In this document: one piece after another, positions 9,006-18,566 of the stretch
Layout: each line of letters opens with the position of its first letter
Position numbering within the stretch: position 1 is the first letter of the stretch
Assembly: GCA_043764155.1 (NCBI GenBank)
Contig: JAYUKW010000030.1
Location: 28,603 to 92,602, forward strand
Direction of reading: 5' to 3'
Origin: Bdellovibrionales bacterium
GTDB lineage: Bacteria > Bdellovibrionota > Bdellovibrionia > Bdellovibrionales > UBA1609
Length of the DNA stretch: 64,000 bases
Notes under the pieces: model-generated
Databases searched by the model: none
Seen by the model: only the letters and a program-made list of their open reading frames with translations
What the model was told of the DNA's origin: nothing
Translations under genes and position numbers: made by a program

Positions 9006-10273
9006 TGAAAAAATTTAGTAAAGCAGAAACTCTTCTTATTTTTTTACTGGCCTGCATTCAGTTCACACATATTGTGGATTTTATGATTATTATGCCTCTG
9101 GGTCCTCAAATCACTCGGTTAATGAATATATCTCAACAGCAGTTTAGTTATTTAGTCTCAAGTTATACATTAGCCGCCGGAGTCAGTGGATTTCTATCTT
9201 CATTTTTTGTAGATTTTTTTGATAGAAAAAAAATCTTAATTCTGTTTTTTGTTGGCTTCACATTGGGAACTATTGCTTGTGGTCTAGTTGAAAGTTATGC
9301 AGCATTTTTAATTGTTCGTTGTTTAACAGGAATATTTGGTGGCGTTTTAAGCTCTATCATTCTTTCAATTGTTTCAGATAACTTTGAGTATAAGCGCCGC
9401 GGCTTAGCCGTTGGTACAGTGATGGGCGCTTTTGCATTGGCTTCAGTCTTTGGGGTTCCCTTTGGACTCTACATAGCAAACCTATTTCAATGGCAAGCTC
9501 CATTTCTTATATTAGGAGGATTTTGTGTTTTTATATTTATTTTTATTTCTATTTTTATACCCAAGCAAAATCATCATTTAGTTAAAGGTCAAATCAGGGA
9601 CCCATTTCAAACTTTAAAAATGATAGCCAGCAGTAGAAATCAACAAATGGCCTTGACGTTAATTTTCTTTTTAGTCTTGGGGCAATTCAGTGTGATCCCA
9701 TTTATCAGCATGAGTTTTGTTTTTAACGCCAGACTTCCAGAAGACAGCCTTCCACTAATTTATTTATTTGGTGGCATCTGTTCATTGTTTGCAGCCCCGA
9801 TCGTTGGTCGCCTGTCAGACGTCTACACAAAAACAAAAGTGTTTTCTATTTCTGTTTTACTCTCAATTGTACCTGTTTATTTGATAACGAATTTAGGCCC
9901 TAGCCCAACAGTAATTATTTTACTGATCAGCTCAACTTTTTTTATAGTCATGTCAGGCCGAATGGTTCCAGCAATGGCGCTGATTACATCTACAGCTCCG
10001 CAAGATAAGCGCGCTGGCTTCTTATCAATTGTGAGCGCTATTCAACAACTATCTGCGGCTTTTGCTGCGTGGATTGCAGGTCAGATAATGTCTTTATCTA
10101 CGAGCCAATCTTTGGCACTAGGTGAAGGCAATGACATAAGAGCTTTAAGTGCTAACTTACAAAATATGTCTAAACCATTAGACACATATTACTTAGTAGG
10201 CTACCTCGCCATATTAGCATCCTTAATTACTTACGCTTTAGCTCAGAAAGTTAAACCCGAGTTCCAGGATTAA
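9005..10273 (+). CDS. MFS transporter (DHA1-like efflux)
   Basis: About 12 hydrophobic segments; DFFDRKK and GRLSDVYTK loop motifs. Confidence 0.9.
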   Translation: MKKFSKAETLLIFLLACIQFTHIVDFMIIMPLGPQITRLMNISQQQFSYLVSSYTLAAGVSGFLSSFFVDFFDRKKILILFFVGFTLGTIACGLVESYAAFLIVRCLTGIFGGVLSSIILSIVSDNFEYKRRGLAVGTVMGAFALASVFGVPFGLYIANLFQWQAPFLILGGFCVFIFIFISIFIPKQNHHLVKGQIRDPFQTLKMIASSRNQQMALTLIFFLVLGQFSVIPFISMSFVFNARLPEDSLPLIYLFGGICSLFAAPIVGRLSDVYTKTKVFSISVLLSIVPVYLITNLGPSPTVIILLISSTFFIVMSGRMVPAMALITSTAPQDKRAGFLSIVSAIQQLSAAFAAWIAGQIMSLSTSQSLALGEGNDIRALSANLQNMSKPLDTYYLVGYLAILASLITYALAQKVKPEFQD

Positions 10274-10277
10274 TCTG

Positions 10278-11009
10278 TTGAAACAAATCTTAAAGACTTC
10301 AATTATTTTAATTTTCTTAAATTTAATATTTACTATTGAAGCTTTATCTTCTGAAAACAAAAAATGTCTTGTTGCCATACATGGCTTAGCTCGCACATCA
10401 AATTCATTAAATAAAGTTGAAAAAAAATTTAAAAAAATTGGTTTCATTGTCTGGAATGAATCCTACCCATCGACCGAAAAAAAAGTTGAAGACTTAAGTA
10501 ATGTGGTTGGCCGGGGATTGGATTTTTGCAAGTCACAAAATGCGGAGTCTATTTATTTTATAACTCATTCAATGGGTGGCATTTTAGTTAGACACTATTT
10601 TCAAGATAAAATGAATGATCCTCTTATTATTAAAATTAAAGCGGTGGTGATGTTATCGCCACCAAATCATGGAAGCGAAATTGTAGATGCTTTTAAAAGT
10701 CAAAGTTGGTTCAAATGGTTTAATGGACCAGCTGGTTTACAGATGGGAACAGAAATCACAAGCCTTCCAAACTCCTTAAAATCAATTCCTCTAAATATTG
10801 GTGTAATCACAGGGAATGTGAGCAGTGATCCTTGGTTTTCATATCTTTTTGGTGGACCTAACGATGGAAAAGTATCTGTAGAAAGCGCTAAACTCAAAGA
10901 GATGAAAGATTTTTTAGTTGTTCCGAGGGGACATACATTTATTATGGATTCAGATGATGTGATAAAAAATATAGTTTATTTTTTTGAACATAGTGTTTTC
11001 ATAAAATAA
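10278..11009 (+). CDS. secreted alpha/beta hydrolase (lipase/esterase)
   Basis: Signal peptide; IHGLAR oxyanion loop, THSMGG nucleophile elbow, PPNHGS, NDGKVSV, GHTFIM. Confidence 0.88.
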   Translation: MKQILKTSIILIFLNLIFTIEALSSENKKCLVAIHGLARTSNSLNKVEKKFKKIGFIVWNESYPSTEKKVEDLSNVVGRGLDFCKSQNAESIYFITHSMGGILVRHYFQDKMNDPLIIKIKAVVMLSPPNHGSEIVDAFKSQSWFKWFNGPAGLQMGTEITSLPNSLKSIPLNIGVITGNVSSDPWFSYLFGGPNDGKVSVESAKLKEMKDFLVVPRGHTFIMDSDDVIKNIVYFFEHSVFIK

Positions 11010-11019
11010 TAAACTATTA

Positions 11020-12393
11020 TCATAACCAGATTTTCTGATATTTTTGATCTGGATCATAAGTTTGGCTTTGCCAATCGTAATCAAATTTATGATCTCCCCA
11101 ACCACCGACTCCAGACACATACTGCCAGTTTCCATAGTTGCTCGCAGGATCATAATCAATCAGTTGGGATTCAAACCACTTCGCCCCCCAAAGCCAAGAA
11201 AGATTAAGCTCATGAACAAGATAACTGGCTACATTTTGTCGCCCACGGTTTGACATGAATCCAGAAGTTTTAAGTTCGATCATATTGGCATTAATAAATG
11301 AATTTCTAGTTTTACCCTCACACCAATTATTAAATAATTTCGTATTGATTGGACTCAATTCCGGTTCTATATATTCTTCACTTAATCCTCTGGGCATAAA
11401 TAGTAAGTCCCCACAGTTATCTGCCATCCACTTAAAGTAATCCCGCCATAGTAATTCAAGTTTCAACCAATAAGTTGAAGAGTTAGGTTTATATTTATCT
11501 TCAAAAGCTAGAATTTCTTGAAAAATTTCAACTGGAGATAAGACTCCCCAAGCTAGCCACATTGAAAACTTTGATGAGTCATAAAACTCGATCATTCCGT
11601 TTCTAGTTTGTTTGTAATGTTGAATGTGCTTTTTATCCCATAAATATGTTTGAAGATGAGTTAATGCAGTTTTACGATCACCTTTAAGATCGAATGCAAC
11701 TTCGACATTTTTTAGATCCTTTAAATTTTCTTGAGACCAATCTAAGACTCTTCGTGTTTGAGATTTTAAATCTGAAGTAATTTGAGTTGAAACCAAATTT
11801 GAAGATTCTAAAACTATTTCACTAGCTTTATTTTTTGATTTCAAAGCATCAACTTTAAACTGATCCAAACTTAGGCTTGAAGAATTATGAATTTTAATAG
11901 GCCACTGACTTTTTTCAACAGCTTTTTTGAACTTAGTGAAGGAGGTGAAGCTATCGAATAGAAAATTTAAATTATCTGGCTCAATTAAAAGATTATTCAC
12001 TTGAGATACAATTTTGATATCAGAAGAAATAATACTTCTATATTCATTTTCATATGAAAATGGGCTGGCTGCCACAAATAGAAGTTTTGTATTTCGTTGT
12101 TGAAAATAATTATTTAATTCAATTATATCGTTAAAAAAATAAAAGTTTAAATTTAACATTTGGATTTCTTCAGATAAGGATTCTAAGGCTTGAAAAAAAA
12201 CTTTTTTCTTTGGATTGGCCCAGATTGGAAAACCTAGCTCATCAACAGAATTAAAGTTTTTTGGCTTAACAATTACGAAGTCCAATCCAATGTCTTCACT
12301 ATTTGCTTTAGATAGTACTTCGGCCAAAGCTTTAGCCACAAGTTCATTATTTTGTATTCTAAAATCATTTTGAAATAAGTACGCCACTCTCAT
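11020..12393 (-). CDS. DASH-family cryptochrome/photolyase
   Basis: NDFRIQNN, YKQTRNGM, SSKFSMWLAWG, ELLWRDYF, GFMSNRGRQNVASYL, LIDYDPASNYGNWQYVSGVG. Confidence 0.92.
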   Translation of the reverse strand: MRVAYLFQNDFRIQNNELVAKALAEVLSKANSEDIGLDFVIVKPKNFNSVDELGFPIWANPKKKVFFQALESLSEEIQMLNLNFYFFNDIIELNNYFQQRNTKLLFVAASPFSYENEYRSIISSDIKIVSQVNNLLIEPDNLNFLFDSFTSFTKFKKAVEKSQWPIKIHNSSSLSLDQFKVDALKSKNKASEIVLESSNLVSTQITSDLKSQTRRVLDWSQENLKDLKNVEVAFDLKGDRKTALTHLQTYLWDKKHIQHYKQTRNGMIEFYDSSKFSMWLAWGVLSPVEIFQEILAFEDKYKPNSSTYWLKLELLWRDYFKWMADNCGDLLFMPRGLSEEYIEPELSPINTKLFNNWCEGKTRNSFINANMIELKTSGFMSNRGRQNVASYLVHELNLSWLWGAKWFESQLIDYDPASNYGNWQYVSGVGGWGDHKFDYDWQSQTYDPDQKYQKIWL

Positions 12394-12417
12394 AAATTAA
12401 AAATTACAGCATTTCAC

Positions 12418-12538
12418 TAAAAAGTGCCAGGTTCCGTTTGAGAATTAAATGTATTTAAAAAGATTTGAACTTAGTTTTAAGTTACTATCAGATCAAAGAA
12501 AACGACTTTAATTCCCAAACGGAACCTGGCACTATTTA
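12418..12538. repeat. inverted-repeat element, family B
   Basis: 32-bp arms 12418-12449 and 12507-12538 with 2 mismatches; core AGTGCCAGGTTCCGTTTG / CAAACGGAACCTGGCACT. Confidence 0.85.
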
Positions 12539-12541
12539 AGA

Positions 12542-13342
12542 ATGAAGATATTTGGTATTGATCAAACTGGCGCCATGATGAGTAAGAGTAAGGCTAAGCC
12601 TTTAAAAGCTTTAGAGCTAATTGTTAATAATGAAAACCAACCGCAAGATCTTTTGTTTTTTGAAATACCGAACCTCACAGATTGGATCAGGTCTTTAAAC
12701 CCATCTGATCATAACCATATTTTTATTGATTGCGTTCTAGGACTTCCGATGGATTTAGCTGAAATCAGCTTAGACTATTCAATAAGAGATTGGATCAAGG
12801 CCGCTGAAAATTATAATTATAATGGAAATAGATTTGGACGAAATGTATCAGAACCTTTCTTCGATGGAATTAAAAAATTTTATGGATTAAACGAAAACAA
12901 TTTTCCGAAAAGAAATGTTGAGATATTACTAAAATCTAACTCTGTGTTTACAACACGTCCTTTTCAAAAAAATATTCAAACAGGAACTTTTAGAATTTGG
13001 AAAGAACTAGCCCCAGTGTTAGAACATATCGTGTTGTGGCCAACAGATTTTTATTTAAATAAAAAAATAAATGTCATATTTTATGAAGTTTACCCCAGCC
13101 ATTTCTACCAGAAGCTATTTGATTTAAAATTTAGAACTTCAGATCCTTTGATTAAATGGGCATCTGAACTTAAAATGGCAAATCCAGATTTTAATTTAAA
13201 TAGTTGTCTTAATCATCTTAAAAATCCAGATTACTGTGATGCCCTTGTAGCTTCTCTTGGTGGATTTAAAACAATCACCGAAAAAAATGTCTGGGCCAAC
13301 TTAAATAAGACCACTTTTTTTGAAGGAGATACCTTAAGGTAG
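12542..13342 (+). CDS. DUF429-like predicted RNase H-fold nuclease
   Basis: IFGID N-terminal strand, IDCVLGLP, EVYPS and DALVA motifs. Confidence 0.65.
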   Translation: MKIFGIDQTGAMMSKSKAKPLKALELIVNNENQPQDLLFFEIPNLTDWIRSLNPSDHNHIFIDCVLGLPMDLAEISLDYSIRDWIKAAENYNYNGNRFGRNVSEPFFDGIKKFYGLNENNFPKRNVEILLKSNSVFTTRPFQKNIQTGTFRIWKELAPVLEHIVLWPTDFYLNKKINVIFYEVYPSHFYQKLFDLKFRTSDPLIKWASELKMANPDFNLNSCLNHLKNPDYCDALVASLGGFKTITEKNVWANLNKTTFFEGDTLR

Positions 13343-13369
13343 TAAATTTAGATTTAATATATAAAATTA

Positions 13370-13999
13370 TTATCTTAGCAGAATTCCAGAAATAATTTTG
13401 TCTAAATCTTTAGGCGTAGTTCCAGATTTAAAGCGTTCAATTTTTGACCCTTCTCTTGTGATCAAAAACTTTTCAAAATTCCAGCCTATATCAGACTTAT
13501 CTGAAGATAGATTTAACAAGGCTTTATAAAAAGGTTGAGTCGATTGGCCTTTAACGGAGGCCTTAAGCATAAGCGGGAACGTCACACCGTAATTTAATTT
13601 ACAAAACTCTTGAATTTGTTCATTAGTTCCAGGCTCTTGGGAACCGAAGTCGTTGCTTGGAAACGCAATCACAGCCAAACCCTTATCTTTAAATTTTTTA
13701 TGAAGCGATTCTAAACCTTCATACTGTGATGTGTATCCACACTTCGAGGCCGTATTCACAATCAAAAAAACTTTGGATTTTTTAAAATCTGAAAGTTTAA
13801 TTTTTTTGTTATTAACTGTAATGAGTTCCATTCCTAAAAGTGCATCCATGCTTGCTCCAGATTTAATAGTTTTCGCAGATTTGAATTGAATTTGCTCTTT
13901 AGTATTCAAACTCAGATCAGCCTTAGATTCCAAAGCAAATAGTCCAATCAAAGTCATATTTAAAAAAACTGTTAAAAAAGCGGATTTTATAATTTTCAT
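13370..13999 (-). CDS. glutathione peroxidase (Cys-type), signal-peptide bearing
   Basis: VNTASKCGYT, AFPSNDFGSQEPG, WNFEKFLI. Confidence 0.95.
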   Translation of the reverse strand: MKIIKSAFLTVFLNMTLIGLFALESKADLSLNTKEQIQFKSAKTIKSGASMDALLGMELITVNNKKIKLSDFKKSKVFLIVNTASKCGYTSQYEGLESLHKKFKDKGLAVIAFPSNDFGSQEPGTNEQIQEFCKLNYGVTFPLMLKASVKGQSTQPFYKALLNLSSDKSDIGWNFEKFLITREGSKIERFKSGTTPKDLDKIISGILLR

Positions 14000-14000
14000 A

Positions 14001-15476
14001 TTACACTCGGGCAGATGTTAGTGAATTGTTGGATTTTTTGGAGATAGTCGACGATTCAATATTTAATTTTTCAGCGGTTTCATTAATAATCTTGAAGATA
14101 TCCTCTAAAACTTCAGAATTTAATCTTAAGTGACTTAATACTAGTCTAACAAAAACACCCTCATTTTCAGTTGATGAATAGTTCACATAAACTCGTCCAT
14201 CGCGCATTAACTGTCTACGTAAACGTTTCTGAAAATCATTTATATTAGATTCGCTTAAATTATTTGGAACAGGCACTTGAAAGCAAATATTTAAATACTC
14301 TGGATTGTGTAGAGATTTAAAATTGTATTTTTTTATTAATTTTAAAGTTTCAAATCTTAACGACATTAGTTCATCGACATAAGATTTAAAACCTTCTGTT
14401 CCTAAAAATTTCCAGGTCATCCAAAGCGATAAGGCATCTACTTTTCTTCCACATTGAATAGCTTTTGTTCCAGTATCAAAAAAAGAATCTTCATCTTCAT
14501 GAAAAATGTATTGAGTCCCAGCGCACGAATTAGACTGTGATAAAAGATATTCTTTTTTTGTAATAAACAAAGCTTTTGTTAACGTGCCACCAAGTAGTTT
14601 ATGAAAATCAAAAGTAACAGAATCTACAACAGACAATTCGTCTTGAATGCTTTTTGAAGAGAAAACCAAGGGTCCACCCCATGCGCCGTCCACATGATGC
14701 CAAAGGTTGTATTTCTCACATATTTTCTGAATTTCAGAAATAGGATCAATAGCTCCAAAAACAGTAGTTCCAAGTGTTGATACAACTAGTGTAGGTTCAA
14801 ATCCTAATTTAATATCTTCTAAAATCATGGACTCTAGTTTTAAGGTATCTAATTTAAAATCCTTATCAGATAGCACGACTCGAACTTGATCTTCCCCAAA
14901 GCCAAGCAAATGAGCTGCTTTCTTCACGCTGTAATGAGCTTGATCACTAATATACACAAGATGTTTGTGAGAATGTCCTTTAATTTTAGTTTCAGGATTT
15001 TTTAAAAATCTAGCTAAGTGCATTGCCATCATGTTGGCGTAACTACCACCAGGGACCATTATTCCATCATGCGAGGACCAATTCATTAACTGGGCTAACG
15101 AATTTAAAATTTCTTTTTCATACATCGTGGCTACAGGCGCAATTTCATAAGTCGCCATGGATGTATTCATAAACGCCCCCACCCACTCACTGATCACAGC
15201 TATTGGATGAGCCCCACCATAAAGCTGGTTAATAAAATAAGGACTTTGAGTGTTTACAGCAAGGTCCATGTACTTATTCAATTCATTTTTTACAGATTCA
15301 AAGCTGGATGGTTTTGAATTTAAAGTAAAATCATTCTGAGATTCTAAATCTAAAGCAGGAATGTAATCTGAAACTTTCGGATCATTGACCTTATTTAAAA
15401 TATTTTGGATTAGCGTGTTGGCCCAGCCAGAATCGCTTATATCCTGCCAGATATCTTGATAACTTTTGTTTTTCAT
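14001..15476 (-). CDS. group II PLP-dependent decarboxylase (CSAD/GAD-like)
   Basis: FINQLY..NTSMATYEIAPV, PGGSYANM, HYSVKK, GTTVFGAIDP, HVDGAWGG, DFHK, DTGTKAIQCGRKVDA..LW..WK. Confidence 0.9.
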   Translation of the reverse strand: MKNKSYQDIWQDISDSGWANTLIQNILNKVNDPKVSDYIPALDLESQNDFTLNSKPSSFESVKNELNKYMDLAVNTQSPYFINQLYGGAHPIAVISEWVGAFMNTSMATYEIAPVATMYEKEILNSLAQLMNWSSHDGIMVPGGSYANMMAMHLARFLKNPETKIKGHSHKHLVYISDQAHYSVKKAAHLLGFGEDQVRVVLSDKDFKLDTLKLESMILEDIKLGFEPTLVVSTLGTTVFGAIDPISEIQKICEKYNLWHHVDGAWGGPLVFSSKSIQDELSVVDSVTFDFHKLLGGTLTKALFITKKEYLLSQSNSCAGTQYIFHEDEDSFFDTGTKAIQCGRKVDALSLWMTWKFLGTEGFKSYVDELMSLRFETLKLIKKYNFKSLHNPEYLNICFQVPVPNNLSESNINDFQKRLRRQLMRDGRVYVNYSSTENEGVFVRLVLSHLRLNSEVLEDIFKIINETAEKLNIESSTISKKSNNSLTSARV

Positions 15477-16012
15477 TAAATCACCAGTGTACGATAAATA
15501 TGAAGACTTAAAACTTCATCTGTTGCAGCTGACATTTGATGAAATCCTAACGAATCGTCAATATAATTCCACGAATCCGCGTGAACCAGAGACACTGACT
15601 TTGAATTTTTAACTTCAAACCAAGAGGCCTGTTCTTCGTAAATCGAACTTAAAGAGGACCAATCTCTTAAGCCTGACTCAAGTTCAAAATTTGAAGGGGA
15701 TTTTAATCGGATCTCTTCTAAAGACCCTTTAAACATATAGATCCAGCAAGATTGATTTGTATGGAAATGAAATGGAGTTTTTTGACCTTTTTTCCATGAA
15801 GCCAATACGACTTCGTTATTGTCATCTAACTTAAAAACAGAATTTCTGTTGTAACCTGTGTCCACATAATTCTCTAATTTAAAAGCCCAATCCTGCAGAA
15901 CGGGCAGCAGCTTGTTGATTTGAGGCCTTGGATCAAGACCATGACTTAAAACGTTTTTGAAAAGTTTTTCCATCTGAGACGGTATAAAACTATCTATTTC
16001 TGTAATAATCAA
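15476..16012 (-). CDS. cysteine dioxygenase type I-like cupin
   Basis: YNRNSV, W..GQ.TPFHFH..SC, GFHQM and SLHIY match the 3-His site and S-H-Y triad of CDO. Confidence 0.8.
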   Translation of the reverse strand: MIITEIDSFIPSQMEKLFKNVLSHGLDPRPQINKLLPVLQDWAFKLENYVDTGYNRNSVFKLDDNNEVVLASWKKGQKTPFHFHTNQSCWIYMFKGSLEEIRLKSPSNFELESGLRDWSSLSSIYEEQASWFEVKNSKSVSLVHADSWNYIDDSLGFHQMSAATDEVLSLHIYRTLVI

Positions 16013-16970
16013 GCAAAGCCCTCACCGTTGTCATTAACGATTCTTTATTGTGACCATTTTTTTTATTTTGTGAAGCAATTTCATACATTTTATTCCAATG
16101 CCAGAATAGATTTCTATAGGCACTGTCCAAAGACATTTTGGGGTCATAGATATGCCCGGGCTCAGCACTGATTCCATTGACTTCCATAATCTTAAAATCG
16201 CCATTTATTAAGTCTTCAAAAGATTCTGCTTTCACATCAAAGCGACCATAATAAAAATCCGGCATCGATAAGACCAGCTTTTCAAATGTCGTCTCTAATT
16301 CTTTATTTATTAGGGCATTAGCATTTATAAACTTTGTCCCACGGCAGTGATTACCAATAGGTTCAAGTAAAATCGTTTTTCCATCGATTAAAATTCGATC
16401 CAAATATGCGGGCAATTCTTCTTTTTTATAATACTTAGAAGCCCTATCATGCCTAATAAATAAAGCCTCTATTGTGGATTTGCCATCACCAACTAATGCT
16501 AAAAATTCCTTTTGCACTAAGGACGAGACATAAAATTTATCTGGAGCACGTACAACAAAAACACCAAACTCTTGCTGATAATCAATATAGTCTTGCACTA
16601 GATAGGGCTGCTTAGACGTCCTGTGATAATCCCTAAATTCTTTGACATCATCTATCAGCTCGACCCGGTAACCTCTGGCCCCTTTGTCGGGTTTTGCAAT
16701 AAAAGGATAAGAAAATTTATTTTCGAGAACATACAGCTCGGCAAAATTAAATGTCTGTGTGGAGTCTATGTAAATTGTTTTTGGACAAAACTTCTTAGGA
16801 ATCTGCTTAAGCATTTGGGACTTAGAGTAACCAATCAACCCCCCGTTCTGCATCTTAGGATTAACCCAACAAAAATAATTCAATGAGCCTAATTTTAACG
16901 CATTTCTTAGGAACATAATCAAGATTGGAAAATAGAATATTTGAGAAGGCCAGTACTCATGATGTAACAA
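15990..16970 (-). CDS. ATP-grasp fold ligase (D-Ala-D-Ala-ligase-like, uncharacterised)
   Basis: YPFIAKPDKGARGYRV, LVQDYI, EFGVF, GRFDV, IMEVNG; GAGGA RBS before the TTG start. Confidence 0.8.
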   Translation of the reverse strand: MLHHEYWPSQIFYFPILIMFLRNALKLGSLNYFCWVNPKMQNGGLIGYSKSQMLKQIPKKFCPKTIYIDSTQTFNFAELYVLENKFSYPFIAKPDKGARGYRVELIDDVKEFRDYHRTSKQPYLVQDYIDYQQEFGVFVVRAPDKFYVSSLVQKEFLALVGDGKSTIEALFIRHDRASKYYKKEELPAYLDRILIDGKTILLEPIGNHCRGTKFINANALINKELETTFEKLVLSMPDFYYGRFDVKAESFEDLINGDFKIMEVNGISAEPGHIYDPKMSLDSAYRNLFWHWNKMYEIASQNKKNGHNKESLMTTVRALLDYYRNR

Positions 16971-17000
16971 ATTTATATCCTCGAATTCTTATGTTATAGC

Positions 17001-17987
17001 ATGACTATGACAGACAATAAGCGCTCCGCCAAACAACTTATCTTATGGTACGAGTCCCAAAAACGTCCTTTACCATGGAGACAAAACAGAGACCCTTATC
17101 GAATTTGGATCTCTGAGATCATGCTTCAACAGACAACAACAAAGGCTGTGATTAATTATTATATTAGATTTATGGAACGCTTTCCAAATCTAAAATCATT
17201 GGCCCAAGCCGATCTGCCTTCAGTATATGAACAATGGGCTGGTTTAGGATATTACAGCCGCGCTCGAAATATTCATAAGTCTGCACAAATTTTATCTAAG
17301 TCTGGCTTTCCTGAAAATTATAGAGCTTTAATTGAACTGCCTGGATTTGGCCCCTACACTTCAAGAGCTGTATCTAGCCAAGCCTTCGGTGAAAAAGTCG
17401 GCGTTGTGGACGGCAATGTGAACCGTGTGTACTGCCGAATATTTAATGATTCATCAGATTGGTGGTCGAAGCACACTCAAAATAAAATCCAAGCGTGGTC
17501 GGACGATCTTTGTCAGAATGAAGACCCTTCCGAAATGAACCAAGCCTTAATGGAGCTTGGGGCAACTATCTGTACACCTAAATCCCCGACCTGCTTAATT
17601 TGCCCTTGGAGTGATGGCTGCAACGCCTTTAAAACTCAAAGTCAGCATCTTGTACCAAAACAAAAGCCCAAAAGAAAATCTGAGATTTGGATTTGGAATC
17701 CAGAAGTTTATATCAATCCTAAAAATGAATTTATGTTAGTCGAAAAAGATGATATTTCTTTTTTAAAAAATAAATGGATATTTCCGGGTGAAGCCTTCAA
17801 AGTCGAAGAAAAACCAAAAAAATATGATTACAAGCACTCTATTACTCATCATGATATTTACGTCAAAGTCTTAAAACTTAAAATTAAGCCTAAAACTATT
17901 TCAGAAAAAACATGTTATGTGAAAATAAATAATTTATCCCAAAAGTCACCATTTTCACTTATGAAGAAGGCATTAGAGTTTATTTAA
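17001..17987 (+). CDS. mutY: A/G-specific adenine glycosylase
   Basis: PYRIWISEIMLQQT, WAGLGYYSRARN, LPGFGPYT, VDGNV.RV, CTPKSPTCLICP..C Fe-S motif. Confidence 0.96.
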   Translation: MTMTDNKRSAKQLILWYESQKRPLPWRQNRDPYRIWISEIMLQQTTTKAVINYYIRFMERFPNLKSLAQADLPSVYEQWAGLGYYSRARNIHKSAQILSKSGFPENYRALIELPGFGPYTSRAVSSQAFGEKVGVVDGNVNRVYCRIFNDSSDWWSKHTQNKIQAWSDDLCQNEDPSEMNQALMELGATICTPKSPTCLICPWSDGCNAFKTQSQHLVPKQKPKRKSEIWIWNPEVYINPKNEFMLVEKDDISFLKNKWIFPGEAFKVEEKPKKYDYKHSITHHDIYVKVLKLKIKPKTISEKTCYVKINNLSQKSPFSLMKKALEFI

Positions 17988-18032
17988 ATTAAACCCATAG
18001 ACTTAAAGTTAAAAGAACTACAAAATAATATA

Positions 18033-18563
18033 GTGATAAAGTTAATTTTAATTTTTTTATTTTCAAATTTCTCTTCGGCAACAATTCCTCCTTTTGAAGT
18101 TACAAACTTAGCAGAAGAACTAAAAGGGATTTATTTTGGTGATCTTAATTATTTAATTCATGCCGAAAATACAGATTGGTTTCAAATCGACTCGTCAAAA
18201 ATTAAGTCTAAAACTATTAAAACGGAGTATCGAAGTTTAGACGATCAAAGTCCAAGTAAACTAACAGTTCGTTCTGAGTCTTTAAAAAAGAACGTAATGC
18301 TTTCTCAGTATATCAAAAAATCAGTTAAAGATTATCGACGATTTGGTTTTAAAGTCTTAGATCTAAGACCACTTAAAATAAATCAAAACAATGCTTTTGT
18401 TTTGGATTTAGATAAAATTGATGATGATTTACAAACAAGACAAATTCTGTTTAAAAAAAATCAGAATATAATCATTTTAACTTGTACAGGACATAGATTT
18501 AAATTTCAAAACGATTTGAACACATGTAATCAAATCGCAAGAAACTTTAAGTGGATAAAATAA
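18033..18563 (+). CDS. exported hypothetical protein
   Basis: Signal peptide, 176 aa, C-terminal Cys pair; no motif recognised with confidence. Confidence 0.7.
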   Translation: MIKLILIFLFSNFSSATIPPFEVTNLAEELKGIYFGDLNYLIHAENTDWFQIDSSKIKSKTIKTEYRSLDDQSPSKLTVRSESLKKNVMLSQYIKKSVKDYRRFGFKVLDLRPLKINQNNAFVLDLDKIDDDLQTRQILFKKNQNIIILTCTGHRFKFQNDLNTCNQIARNFKWIK

Positions 18564-18566
18564 TTT

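Noticed and set aside
10365-10400. Cys after the lipase signal peptide (KKCLVAIHG) as another CxxFL tag
   Set aside because: It is the first core beta-strand leading to the HG oxyanion motif and does not fit C-x-x-[FY]-L
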